This document shows positions 7,593-16,331 of a stretch of DNA of 18,412 nt, piece after piece; position 1 is the stretch's first letter, and each line of letters begins with the position of its first letter. The position numbers and the translations under genes are program-made. This DNA is from a virus (lineage: Duplodnaviria > Heunggongvirae > Uroviricota > Caudoviricetes): positions 1 to 18,412 of the IMG/VR virus record IMGVR_UViG_3300034102_002786; one strand, 5' to 3'. The notes below the pieces were generated by a model. That model saw only the letters and a list, made by a program, of their open reading frames with translations, had not been told where the DNA came from and ran no database searches.

Positions 7593-8804
7593 ATGAGCTT
7601 TTGGGATACCGAACCACAAAAACCTGTCTTTGACTTTGATGTTGAAAAACAAAAGTTAAAAGAAAACATGGACTATCTAATGACGATGTCTGTGCAGGAG
7701 CAAACTTTATACAAAAAGTGGGTAGAGTTGCAAGACCCTACAATGATTCAGGCTAAATCCCAAATTGCATCTTATTATGACCTTCAATGGAGACCAACTG
7801 ACATCAACAATAAGGAGCTAACGATAAAAGAAATTGAATCGTTAGACCCTTACGTTGAGATTGTGGATGATGCCAAAGAATCTACTAAGTGGGCAGCGGT
7901 AAGACGAATGATTCACACAATGGATTTTACAGCAAACCCTGGCAGAAATGTAAAGATTAATGTAAAAGATAGAACAAGCGGAAAGTTATTAGGTCAAATC
8001 TCTTTAGCATCCGATGTAACCGCATTAGGTGTGAGAGATAACTTCATTGGTTGGACTAAAGATGATAAATTTGTAAAAGGTAAGTTAAATAATACAACTA
8101 TTGCTTCTACAATTGTATGTACTCAACCATTGGGTTATAACTTCTTAGGTGGTAAGTTAATCGCTATGATGACTACGGTGCCGGAAGTAAGAGAGTATTG
8201 GAAGAAGAAATATGAGAATGTACTTATAGCAGTAGGTACAACATCTTTGTATGGTATCCATTCTCAATACAATGGTATTCCACTTTTCAAAACTTTAGGT
8301 GAATCGGCTGGTAAGATTAGCATTAAGCCGGATGATAAGTATTATGACCCTTGGCATCAATGGTTAAAAGAAAATCGTGCCGAATGGTATAAAGAAAATA
8401 TATCAGATGAGAGAGCTCGTAATGGTGCTAACATGGGATATGAAGCTAACGGACCTGTTAGTGGTATCAAACAAAAGATATTAGGACAAATCTTTAAAGA
8501 ATGTGGTATTAAGGCAACTGAATATCATCACGGATTTAAAAGAGGTGTGTATATGGCTATGATGTATGAGAATGGTTGTGAATTCCTTCGTAACGAAATT
8601 ACCGAAGATAAACTAATCATCAAAGATAAGTTTAAGCAAGGTACAGAATACATCAATAAATGGTGGAAAAAACACGCTATTAGTAGATACACAAAACTAC
8701 ATGATGAAGGCAGAATCAAACCTGAACATTTATTCTACATAGATGCGATTGGAATCAGCTGGGAAGAAATGAAAGAAAAATATTTGGGAGAAGTAGGAAG
8801 ATAA
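7593..8804 (+). CDS. DruA/DUF4338-like protein (solo)
   Basis: ANPGRN, GKLLGQISLASD, LGVRDNFIGW, QPLGYNFLGGKLIAMM and TTSLYGIHSQYN match my recollection of the DUF4338/DruA family. Confidence 0.7.
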   Translation: MSFWDTEPQKPVFDFDVEKQKLKENMDYLMTMSVQEQTLYKKWVELQDPTMIQAKSQIASYYDLQWRPTDINNKELTIKEIESLDPYVEIVDDAKESTKWAAVRRMIHTMDFTANPGRNVKINVKDRTSGKLLGQISLASDVTALGVRDNFIGWTKDDKFVKGKLNNTTIASTIVCTQPLGYNFLGGKLIAMMTTVPEVREYWKKKYENVLIAVGTTSLYGIHSQYNGIPLFKTLGESAGKISIKPDDKYYDPWHQWLKENRAEWYKENISDERARNGANMGYEANGPVSGIKQKILGQIFKECGIKATEYHHGFKRGVYMAMMYENGCEFLRNEITEDKLIIKDKFKQGTEYINKWWKKHAISRYTKLHDEGRIKPEHLFYIDAIGISWEEMKEKYLGEVGR

Positions 8805-8818
8805 AAAAAAATAAAATT

Positions 8819-9223
8819 ATGGCAAAGAAAAAACAAAAAGAAGAAGTAAAAGAAGTTGAATTTGAAACCCCAACTCAAAATGATCTGGGTGTAATTTCAA
8901 TCCAACAAAAAAAATATGAAGATTGTGAATGGTGTTTTCAATTTGATGAAGATAAACCACAAGTATTTGCTTGGACAGATGACCAATTAAATAAGCAAGA
9001 AGACCCTAAAGTAATTTTTACAATTACAAATGTAGAAAATTCTTATATTACATTTACAAATGGAGAATCTGGTAAATGTTTTAAAATATTTGCTAGAGAA
9101 TTATCCGATGAAGGTAGAGTAATGAGAGAAAAACAAAGAGAAGCTTTTAGTTTAAAAGAAGCTGATATGGAAAATTTTGACCAAAAAATGGAAGAATATG
9201 CAAGTGAGAATAAAGAAGCTTAA
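8819..9223 (+). CDS. Hypothetical acidic protein, 134 aa
   Basis: ORF with an A-rich leader, overlapping the dut start; one CxxC (CEWC); no family recognised. Confidence 0.6.
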   Translation: MAKKKQKEEVKEVEFETPTQNDLGVISIQQKKYEDCEWCFQFDEDKPQVFAWTDDQLNKQEDPKVIFTITNVENSYITFTNGESGKCFKIFARELSDEGRVMREKQREAFSLKEADMENFDQKMEEYASENKEA

Positions 9224-9632
9224 TCCAAACGCAGTAATTCCAACATACGCTAAAGCTGGTGATGCTGGAATGGATTTAGTAGCAACTTCAATAATATCAG
9301 AAACTATAACTGATGTTACCTATGGTATGGGTATAGCATTGGAAATTCCTTATGGATTTGTAGGATTAATATTTCCTCGTTCATCTGTTAGAAAATATGA
9401 TTTGGCATTAACAAATTGTGTAGGTGTAATTGATAGTGGGTACAGAGGTGAGTTACAAGCTACATTCAAAAAAACTAATTGGTTGAAAGGTAATGAATCT
9501 GAAAAATACCAAATAGGTGATAGAATTGCACAAATTATGATTATACCACATCCACCTATTGAATTTGTAGAAGCAGAAGAATTATCAAATACCGAAAGAG
9601 GCGAAGGCGGATTCGGTTCAACTGGAAAATAA
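9198..9632 (+). CDS. dut: Trimeric dUTPase
   Basis: All five motifs present: AGMDL, PRSS, GVIDSGYRGEL, GDRIAQ and RGEGGFGSTG. Start moved to the ATG at 9198 (MQVRIKKL). Confidence 0.97.
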   Translation: MQVRIKKLNPNAVIPTYAKAGDAGMDLVATSIISETITDVTYGMGIALEIPYGFVGLIFPRSSVRKYDLALTNCVGVIDSGYRGELQATFKKTNWLKGNESEKYQIGDRIAQIMIIPHPPIEFVEAEELSNTERGEGGFGSTGK

Positions 9633-9638
9633 AAAAAT

Positions 9639-10577
9639 ATGTTTGAATATCAACAAGAAGAAAATAACCACTCATTATGGGTAGAAAAATATCGCCCAAA
9701 TAAGTTGGTAGATTATGTAGGTAATGAGCACCTAAAATCAAAAGTAGAAACTTATTTAGAAAGTGGAGATGTACCACATTTACTATTATACGGTAGAGCA
9801 GGTACGGGAAAAACTACGTTAGCAAAATTAATTGTTAAATCGTTAGATTGTGATTATATGATTATCAACGCATCGGATGAAAATAACGTTGAGACTGTAA
9901 GAACAAAAGTAAAAAACTTTGCATCTTCTATGGGATTCAAACCATTTAAGATTATCATAATGGATGAGTTTGATTATATGTCACAAAACGCTCAGGCAAT
10001 CCTTCGTAACTTAATGGAAACATTCTCTAAACATTGTCGATTCATCTTAACGTGCAACTATGTTGAGAAAGTAATCGAACCAATTCAGAGTAGATGTCAA
10101 TCTTTCCAAATCATTCCACCAACTAAAAAGGATGTAGCAATTCAGATGAGTAAAATTTTGAAAGCTGAAGAAGTGGAGTTTGACCCAAAAGATTTAGTTC
10201 CAATAATTGATGCTAGTTATCCTGATATTCGTAAGGTAATCAATACTTGCCAACTTAACTCGCATAAAGGTAAGTTGAAAGTGGATGTGCAAAATCTATT
10301 AGAGAATGATTACAAATTAAAAGTATTGGATATTCTTAAATCAAATGATGATAAAAGAAATAAATACATGAAGTTAAGACAGGCTATAATTGATAGTAGA
10401 GCATCGGAGTTTTCAGAATTGTACACACTACTTTATGATAAGGTAGATGAATATGCAGCTGATAACACATCGGGCGTAATCCTTATTTTAGGTGATAGTA
10501 TTGCTAAATCTGCGGTAGCAATTGATAAAGAAATTATAGCAGCATCAACCTTAATACAAATTTTAAATATAATATAA
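9639..10577 (+). CDS. gp44: Clamp loader AAA+ subunit (T4 gp44 / RFC small subunit-like)
   Basis: WVEKYRP, Walker A GRAGTGKT, NASD, Walker B DEFD and the SRC motif. Confidence 0.93.
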   Translation: MFEYQQEENNHSLWVEKYRPNKLVDYVGNEHLKSKVETYLESGDVPHLLLYGRAGTGKTTLAKLIVKSLDCDYMIINASDENNVETVRTKVKNFASSMGFKPFKIIIMDEFDYMSQNAQAILRNLMETFSKHCRFILTCNYVEKVIEPIQSRCQSFQIIPPTKKDVAIQMSKILKAEEVEFDPKDLVPIIDASYPDIRKVINTCQLNSHKGKLKVDVQNLLENDYKLKVLDILKSNDDKRNKYMKLRQAIIDSRASEFSELYTLLYDKVDEYAADNTSGVILILGDSIAKSAVAIDKEIIAASTLIQILNII

Positions 10578-10578
10578 T

Positions 10579-10869
10579 ATGGCTAACATTATCGGACAGG
10601 GGGAGATTCCACAAATGGGCGGAATGCAACCAAAACTAGATATATCATCATCAACACCAATGGTGTGTGAAAAATGTGGATATAATGTGTTCATCCCAGC
10701 TATGAAACTTAGAAGATTATCTAAGTTGGCGTATGGTGGTGACCAAGACGTTCATATTCCATTTCAAATCGCAGTTTGTGGTGAATGTGGTGCTGAACAA
10801 GAGTTTTCAAAACAAATAGAACTTAAAGCTTTAGAAGCTAAAGATAAGATGAATAAAAAAGAAGATTAA
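10579..10869 (+). CDS. Zinc-ribbon protein, unknown function
   Basis: Two CxxC knuckles (CEKC, CGEC); coupled to the next gene by TAATG. Confidence 0.65.
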   Translation: MANIIGQGEIPQMGGMQPKLDISSSTPMVCEKCGYNVFIPAMKLRRLSKLAYGGDQDVHIPFQIAVCGECGAEQEFSKQIELKALEAKDKMNKKED

Positions 10870-11318
10870 TGGCTAAAACATTATTCGACCATATAAATGC
10901 AATAACGCAAGATAAAGACCCAAAGTATTGGGATAAGCTTGATGAGAGCGATAAAAAGACATGGAGTAACTATATGATACTCCGTTTTCTTTCTATGAAA
11001 TCCGAATGGATAGAGTTGATAGCAGATATATCACCTTACATTCAGGAAGCTCCACCAAAAGCAATGTATCTTGCTCTTATCGGATTGATACCAAAGACTA
11101 GAGCATTCTTAAAATATATGAAACCAGCTTCAGCCGATAAGTATGAAGGTTGGGTTATTGAGTTAGTTGCAAAGTATTATGAAGTATCTAAGTTAGAAGC
11201 TGAGGATTATGTTCATATACTTTATCAAACAACCGCAGGTAAGCAACACATCAAAGAAATTGCGGAGGCTTATGGTACTGACACTAAGCAAATTACTAAA
11301 TTAAAACTCAAAGTTTAA
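10869..11318 (+). CDS. gp62: Clamp loader A subunit (T4 gp62-like)
   Basis: YMILRFLSM...LIPKTRAFLKYMK...IELVAKYYEVSKLEAEDY resembles the gp62 pattern; size and position next to the gp44-like gene fit. Confidence 0.65.
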   Translation: MAKTLFDHINAITQDKDPKYWDKLDESDKKTWSNYMILRFLSMKSEWIELIADISPYIQEAPPKAMYLALIGLIPKTRAFLKYMKPASADKYEGWVIELVAKYYEVSKLEAEDYVHILYQTTAGKQHIKEIAEAYGTDTKQITKLKLKV

Positions 11319-11350
11319 TTTGGTATATTCACCATTTTTTCGTATCTTTA
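11319..11350 (+). promoter_or_regulatory. Bacteroidota-type promoter (P4)
   Basis: TTTG at 11319-11322, 20-nt spacer, TATCTTTA at 11343-11350. The ATG is only 4 nt later. Confidence 0.65.
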
Positions 11351-11354
11351 CATT

Positions 11355-12224
11355 ATGGCAAAAGTATCATTTTCGCAGTACTCAATGTGGAGTAGCTGCC
11401 CACAACAATATAAGTTAAATTACATAGATAAGTTAGGTGAAAGTTCTGGAAACATTCATACTATCTTTGGTAGTTCAATGCACGAAACTATTCAACACTA
11501 TCTTTCAGTAATGTATGGTGTATCCAAAAAACAAGCCGATGAGATTAATTTGGATAAATTATTATTAGATAGATTGAAAGAAAACTTTACTAAAGAAAAA
11601 GAAGCCCTTAGTGAAGGAACTCCGTGTACTCAAATTGAATTAGAAGAATTTTATGGTGATGGTAGAAGAATATTAGAATGGTTAAAAAAGAATCTTAATA
11701 AATTCTATTCTAAATCAGGATTTGAATTAGTTGGTATTGAGATTCCACTTAATGCTAAAATCAAAGAAGGGGTTCATTTTATTGGATTCATAGATATTGT
11801 ACTTAGAGATTTAGCAGAGAACTCAATTATCATTATTGACCTTAAAACATCAACTCAAGGTTGGAATCAATACCAAAAAGCTGATAAGTTTAAGAACGCA
11901 CAAATACTATTATATAAAAAATATTACTCAGAATTATTTAATATTCCACTTTCCAAAATTAGAGTTGAATATCAAATTATGAGAAGGAAGTTGCCCGAAG
12001 ATTCGGCATTTCCAATTCCTTACATATCAAAACATGCTCCTTCGCATGGAGCACCATCAGTTACAAAAGCACATGATGAATTTATGGAATTTATCAATAC
12101 GGTGTTTAATGATGATGGAACTTATAAAGATATTCAGTTCCCCAAAGTACCGGGTACCAACAAAAAGAATTGTAAATGGTGTGAGTTCTTAGGAAAGCAT
12201 TGTGATGGTAAGGCTGATAAATAA
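11355..12224 (+). CDS. PD-(D/E)XK nuclease, Cas4/AddB-like with predicted Fe-S cluster
   Basis: N-terminal SFSQY..WSSCP, G...HE, FIGFIDIV, IIDLKTS and C-terminal CKWCEFLGKHC (1+3 Cys arrangement). Confidence 0.82.
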   Translation: MAKVSFSQYSMWSSCPQQYKLNYIDKLGESSGNIHTIFGSSMHETIQHYLSVMYGVSKKQADEINLDKLLLDRLKENFTKEKEALSEGTPCTQIELEEFYGDGRRILEWLKKNLNKFYSKSGFELVGIEIPLNAKIKEGVHFIGFIDIVLRDLAENSIIIIDLKTSTQGWNQYQKADKFKNAQILLYKKYYSELFNIPLSKIRVEYQIMRRKLPEDSAFPIPYISKHAPSHGAPSVTKAHDEFMEFINTVFNDDGTYKDIQFPKVPGTNKKNCKWCEFLGKHCDGKADK

Positions 12225-12300
12225 AAAAAGTTCTTTAAAAATAGTTGTTTTTTATTTTTATAATATACTTATATATACAAATATATAAATTAATATTATA
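12225..12300 (+). promoter_or_regulatory. Very AT-rich intergenic region, probable promoter/operator of the glycosyltransferase operon
   Basis: 76-nt gap, almost all A/T (e.g. ATACTTATATATACAAATATATAAAT). It lacks the P1-P4 motif and precedes the RHH gene. Confidence 0.35.
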
Positions 12301-12501
12301 ATGACTCAAGAAAACACAAAATTAACAACTGTGAAAATCTTGAAAGATGTTTACTCATCCTTTAAAAAAGTATCATTCACATCAGATGTAACACTTCAGA
12401 AGTTAGTAAATCGAACTGTGGAAAGATATGTTAATGATGAAGATTTCAGAAAAGAAATGAATGAGTATTTAAAACTTCAAGTTTCAGGTTCACAATTTTA
12501 A
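12301..12501 (+). CDS. Ribbon-helix-helix DNA-binding protein
   Basis: Strand TTVKI, helix KDVYSSFKKV, turn, helix LQKLVNRTVERYV; 66 aa. Confidence 0.65.
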   Translation: MTQENTKLTTVKILKDVYSSFKKVSFTSDVTLQKLVNRTVERYVNDEDFRKEMNEYLKLQVSGSQF

Positions 12502-12509
12502 AATTAGTT

Positions 12510-13892
12510 ATGGCAAAGAAAAAAATATTGTTACTTTCAGATGATTTAAGAATGGCGAGTGGTATCGCTACAATGTCTAAGGAATTGGTTTTAGGAACTG
12601 CTCACAAATACGATTGGTTTCAAGTAGGTGCGGCAATTAATCACCCAGAAGCAGGTAAAGTTTTAGATGTAAGTGAAGACATCCAAAAAAATTATGGAAT
12701 TGCAGATGCTAATGTAAAAATTTTACCTTGGAATGGTTATGGTAATGCGGATTTGATTAGGCAACTAATTAACGCAGAAAGACCAGATGCTATCCTACAC
12801 TTTACTGACCCTCGTTATTGGACTTGGTTATATGATATTGAGCACGAAATTAGACAAAACGTACCACTATTATTTTACGCAATTTGGGATGATTTACCAG
12901 ACCCAATGTATAATCGTAACTTCTATGAAAGTTGTGATTGGATTGGTTGTATATCTCGCCAAACATATGGTATCATTAAAAGAATTAGTGCAAGAATTGA
13001 TAAACCAACTTGGAAACCAAAAGCTGATTGGCAAGTAGGATACGTACCACATGGTATTAATACTGATATATACAAACCGGAAGAAGTTTCGGCAGAATTC
13101 AAAAAAGATGTATTAGGTGATAAAGAATACGATTTTGTTCTTTATTGGTCAAATCGTAATATTAGAAGAAAGCAACCAGCTGATGTTATATATGCTTATA
13201 AATTATTTTGTGACAAGATTGGAAAAGAAAAAGCAGATAAGTGCTTACTATTAATGCATACACAACCGGTGGATGAAAATGGAACTGACCTTTATGCTGT
13301 TATCGAAGCTGTAGCATCTGATGTTAATATTAAGTTTTCAGAAAAAAGAAGGTCACAACAAGAATTGAATCTTATCTATAATATAGTAGATTGTACAATC
13401 AACATCGCTAACAACGAAGGATTTGGATTAGCAACTGCAGAATCGGTAATGGCTGGTACACCAATCATCGTAAATGTAACTGGTGGATTGCAAGACCAAT
13501 GTGGATTTAAAGTAGAAGGCAATGTATTAGTTGCTGACGATTATATTAAAATTGGTTCATTACATGAGTGGAGAAAATGGGAAGCCAAAGCAGAACCTGG
13601 TCCTTGGGCTATTCCGGTATGGAGTAGAGCAATGGCATTAGCAGGTTCAGTACCAACGCCTTATATTTGGGATGATAGAGTTGATGTAACCGAAGTTGCT
13701 GAAGCAATTGAGAAAATGTATAACACACCAAAAGAAGAAAGAAAAGCAAACGCTCTTAAAGGTAGAGAACATTTTATAAACGAAGCAGGATTATCTCATA
13801 CAAATATGTGCCAAACATTAATTGATGGAATTGAATCAACATTTGAAAATTGGAAACCTCGCCAAAGATTTGAGGTATTTAAAGTTAAATAA
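12510..13892 (+). CDS. GT4-family (GT-B) glycosyltransferase
   Basis: KKILLLSDD...SGIA, YVPHGIN, NRNIRRKQ and canonical EGFGLATAESVMAGTPII. Confidence 0.88.
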   Translation: MAKKKILLLSDDLRMASGIATMSKELVLGTAHKYDWFQVGAAINHPEAGKVLDVSEDIQKNYGIADANVKILPWNGYGNADLIRQLINAERPDAILHFTDPRYWTWLYDIEHEIRQNVPLLFYAIWDDLPDPMYNRNFYESCDWIGCISRQTYGIIKRISARIDKPTWKPKADWQVGYVPHGINTDIYKPEEVSAEFKKDVLGDKEYDFVLYWSNRNIRRKQPADVIYAYKLFCDKIGKEKADKCLLLMHTQPVDENGTDLYAVIEAVASDVNIKFSEKRRSQQELNLIYNIVDCTINIANNEGFGLATAESVMAGTPIIVNVTGGLQDQCGFKVEGNVLVADDYIKIGSLHEWRKWEAKAEPGPWAIPVWSRAMALAGSVPTPYIWDDRVDVTEVAEAIEKMYNTPKEERKANALKGREHFINEAGLSHTNMCQTLIDGIESTFENWKPRQRFEVFKVK

Positions 13893-13902
13893 GTTATAGT
13901 AT

Positions 13903-15210
13903 ATGAATAAACCAACATTAGTATTTCAGGGACCTATTTTTACTAGAAGTGGGTATGGTGACCATTGTAGAGATTTGATGAAATCACTTCGTAAGATGGA
14001 TAAGTACGATATAAAGATTATTCCACTTCGTTGGGGTAATACACCACAAAACCAAGTAAGTGATGATGATGATTTTGGCCGCTGGATGTTAGAGAGAGTA
14101 ATTGGTGAGATTGGTGATAAACCGGATGTGTTTATGCAAGTTTCAGTAGCAAATGAATTTGAACCAAAAGGACATTATAACATTGGTGTAACTGCTGGTG
14201 TAGAAACTACAATTTGTCCAAAAGATTTTATTGATGGGTCTAATAAAATGGATTTGATTATAGTACCATCTAAATTTACAATGCAAAACTTAGCAGGTAC
14301 AGTATATCAACAAAAAAATCAACAAACTGGAGAAATTGTTGGTGAAATAAAATTACAAAAACCAATTGAAGTTTTGTTCGAAGGTGTTGATACTGAAATA
14401 TTCAATAAAGGATTTGAAAGACCTGGTGATAAAGCTGACATATTAGAAAATATAAAAGAAGATTTTTGTTTCTTAGTTGTTGGTCATTGGTTAAAGGGTA
14501 ATTTGGGACAAGATAGAAAAGATATTGGAATGACTTTAAAAACATTCGCAACTGTATTTCAACACACTCCGAAGGATAAAAAACCTGCTCTTTTAATAAA
14601 AACATCACACGCTGGATTTAGTGTTATTGATAGAGAAAACATTAGACAAAAAATAGAAGATGTTGTAAAATCATTTGGTCAAAAATGTCCACCAATTTAT
14701 TTGTTACATGGTGACATGGAAGAAACAGATATGAGTAATCTTTATCATCATCCAAAAATAAAAGCAATGATTTCATTCACAAAAGGTGAAGGGTATGGTA
14801 GACCAATGGCTGAGTTTACTTTGACAGGTAAACCAATTATAGCTAGTGGTTGGAGTGGGCATATGGATTTCCTACCAGCTGAACACACTGTGTTTTTGGA
14901 AGGTACACTAACTCAAATTGATGAATCCGCTGCTGACCAATTTATTCTAAAGGAAGCACAATGGTTTAGTGCAAATTATTCAAATGCAGCTAATAAGATA
15001 TATGATGTTTATAAAAATTATAATTCTTATTTAGAAAAATCAGAAGGGCTACGAGAAAATACTTTAAAAAATTTCACATTAGAAAAAATGCATGAAAGAT
15101 TTACTAATATTGTTGATTCGTACATAAAACCACAGCCAAAATTAGTACCATTTAATATTCCAAAATTAAATACATCTAAAATGCAAATTCCAAAACTTAA
15201 TAAAGTTTAA
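13903..15210 (+). CDS. GT4-family (GT-B) glycosyltransferase
   Basis: SGYG, IIVPS, FLVVGHW...RKDI and EGYGRPMAEFTLTGKPIIASGWSGHMDF. Confidence 0.86.
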   Translation: MNKPTLVFQGPIFTRSGYGDHCRDLMKSLRKMDKYDIKIIPLRWGNTPQNQVSDDDDFGRWMLERVIGEIGDKPDVFMQVSVANEFEPKGHYNIGVTAGVETTICPKDFIDGSNKMDLIIVPSKFTMQNLAGTVYQQKNQQTGEIVGEIKLQKPIEVLFEGVDTEIFNKGFERPGDKADILENIKEDFCFLVVGHWLKGNLGQDRKDIGMTLKTFATVFQHTPKDKKPALLIKTSHAGFSVIDRENIRQKIEDVVKSFGQKCPPIYLLHGDMEETDMSNLYHHPKIKAMISFTKGEGYGRPMAEFTLTGKPIIASGWSGHMDFLPAEHTVFLEGTLTQIDESAADQFILKEAQWFSANYSNAANKIYDVYKNYNSYLEKSEGLRENTLKNFTLEKMHERFTNIVDSYIKPQPKLVPFNIPKLNTSKMQIPKLNKV

Positions 15211-15212
15211 CA

Positions 15213-15695
15213 ATGCCATTTGTACAACAATATGATAAAATAATAGAATCCGAAAAAAAAGTTTCTAAAAGTTTAGTAAGACCAAGAAACATTTATAAGA
15301 TTACTTCGTATGAGTATGTTGATGGGACTAGAAAATCTTTATCTGGACCCGAAACTGCTATCGTTTTTGTTTTTGGAATTTACGATAAAAAACTCGTAGG
15401 TTTAAAAATAACTGAAATAAAGCCTGAAGATTTTTTTAAATGGCTTAAAAAATTATTTTTAACAAATCTTACCGAAGAATCTATTTCTCAATCTAAAATG
15501 CTTGAAGAGTTGTTACAAATAGGTGATAGGGCCGGTTCTAATATTTACGAATCTCATGTAAAAAATAAAAGAATAGGAACAACAAATAAAGAACTTTATA
15601 GGACATACACTATTACTGGTGTTAAACAAATATCAGAAGTGATAATAAAAAAAGATTATATAAAGCAATATATTAAAATTTTAAAGAAGTTATAA
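15213..15695 (+). CDS. Hypothetical basic protein, 160 aa
   Basis: ORF tightly packed within the operon; no family recognised. Confidence 0.6.
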   Translation: MPFVQQYDKIIESEKKVSKSLVRPRNIYKITSYEYVDGTRKSLSGPETAIVFVFGIYDKKLVGLKITEIKPEDFFKWLKKLFLTNLTEESISQSKMLEELLQIGDRAGSNIYESHVKNKRIGTTNKELYRTYTITGVKQISEVIIKKDYIKQYIKILKKL

Positions 15696-15701
15696 TAAGT
15701 T

Positions 15702-16331
15702 ATGATAAATGTTACATATGCAATTACGGTTTGTAATGAAATAAATGAAATTACAAATCTTATTAATTTCCTACATCCTAGATTAAAAGAAGAAGATGAA
15801 ATATTAGTTCAGTATGATTCTGATTCATCTACAAATCAAATAAAAGATTATTTAAAAATAATAGCTCAATTGCATAAAAATATTAGAGTAATAGAGTTTG
15901 CTTTAAATAAAGATTTTGCTTCTTTTAAGAATAATTTAAAGAATCATGCAAATGGTATTTTTATATTTCAAATTGATGCGGATGAAATACCATCCGAATA
16001 CTTAGTCGAAAATATACACAGCTTTTTAGAATATAATAAAGATGTTGACCTTTTCTTTGTTCCTCGTATTAATACTGTTGAAGGATTAACAAAACAACAT
16101 ATCCAAAAATGGAAATGGCAAGTTAATGAAAACGGATGGATAAATTTTCCTGATTACCAAACTCGCCTTTATAGAAGAACTTCTGAAATCGAATGGAGCG
16201 GTAAAGTGCATGAGCGAATTATAGGATACAATACTTTATCGGTTTTACCACAAGAAGAAATTTATTGTTTATATCATCATAAGCAAATTGAAAGACAAGA
16301 AAAACAAAACGCTTTGTATGATACAATCTAA
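15702..16331 (+). CDS. GT2-family (GT-A) glycosyltransferase
   Basis: YAITVCNE, DxD motif QIDADE, FPDYQTRLYR and WSGKVHE, as in LPS beta-glucosyltransferase-like GT2 enzymes. Confidence 0.85.
   Translation: MINVTYAITVCNEINEITNLINFLHPRLKEEDEILVQYDSDSSTNQIKDYLKIIAQLHKNIRVIEFALNKDFASFKNNLKNHANGIFIFQIDADEIPSEYLVENIHSFLEYNKDVDLFFVPRINTVEGLTKQHIQKWKWQVNENGWINFPDYQTRLYRRTSEIEWSGKVHERIIGYNTLSVLPQEEIYCLYHHKQIERQEKQNALYDTI

Noticed and set aside
7593-8804. Complete Druantia defence system
   Set aside because: Only a DruA-like gene is present; no DruE helicase or other dru genes are adjacent.
7074-9777. Reverse ORFs 7074-7334, 8528-8719 and 9556-9777
   Set aside because: Antisense shadows of the clamp, DruA-like, dut and gp44 genes, with no independent support.
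4313-10577. Inteins or introns in polB and the clamp loader
   Set aside because: Both are of normal length with contiguous motifs and no intein or homing-endonuclease insertion.
11355-12224. Possible CRISPR-Cas locus suggested by the Cas4-like nuclease
   Set aside because: No repeat-spacer array and no cas1, cas2 or effector genes in the window.
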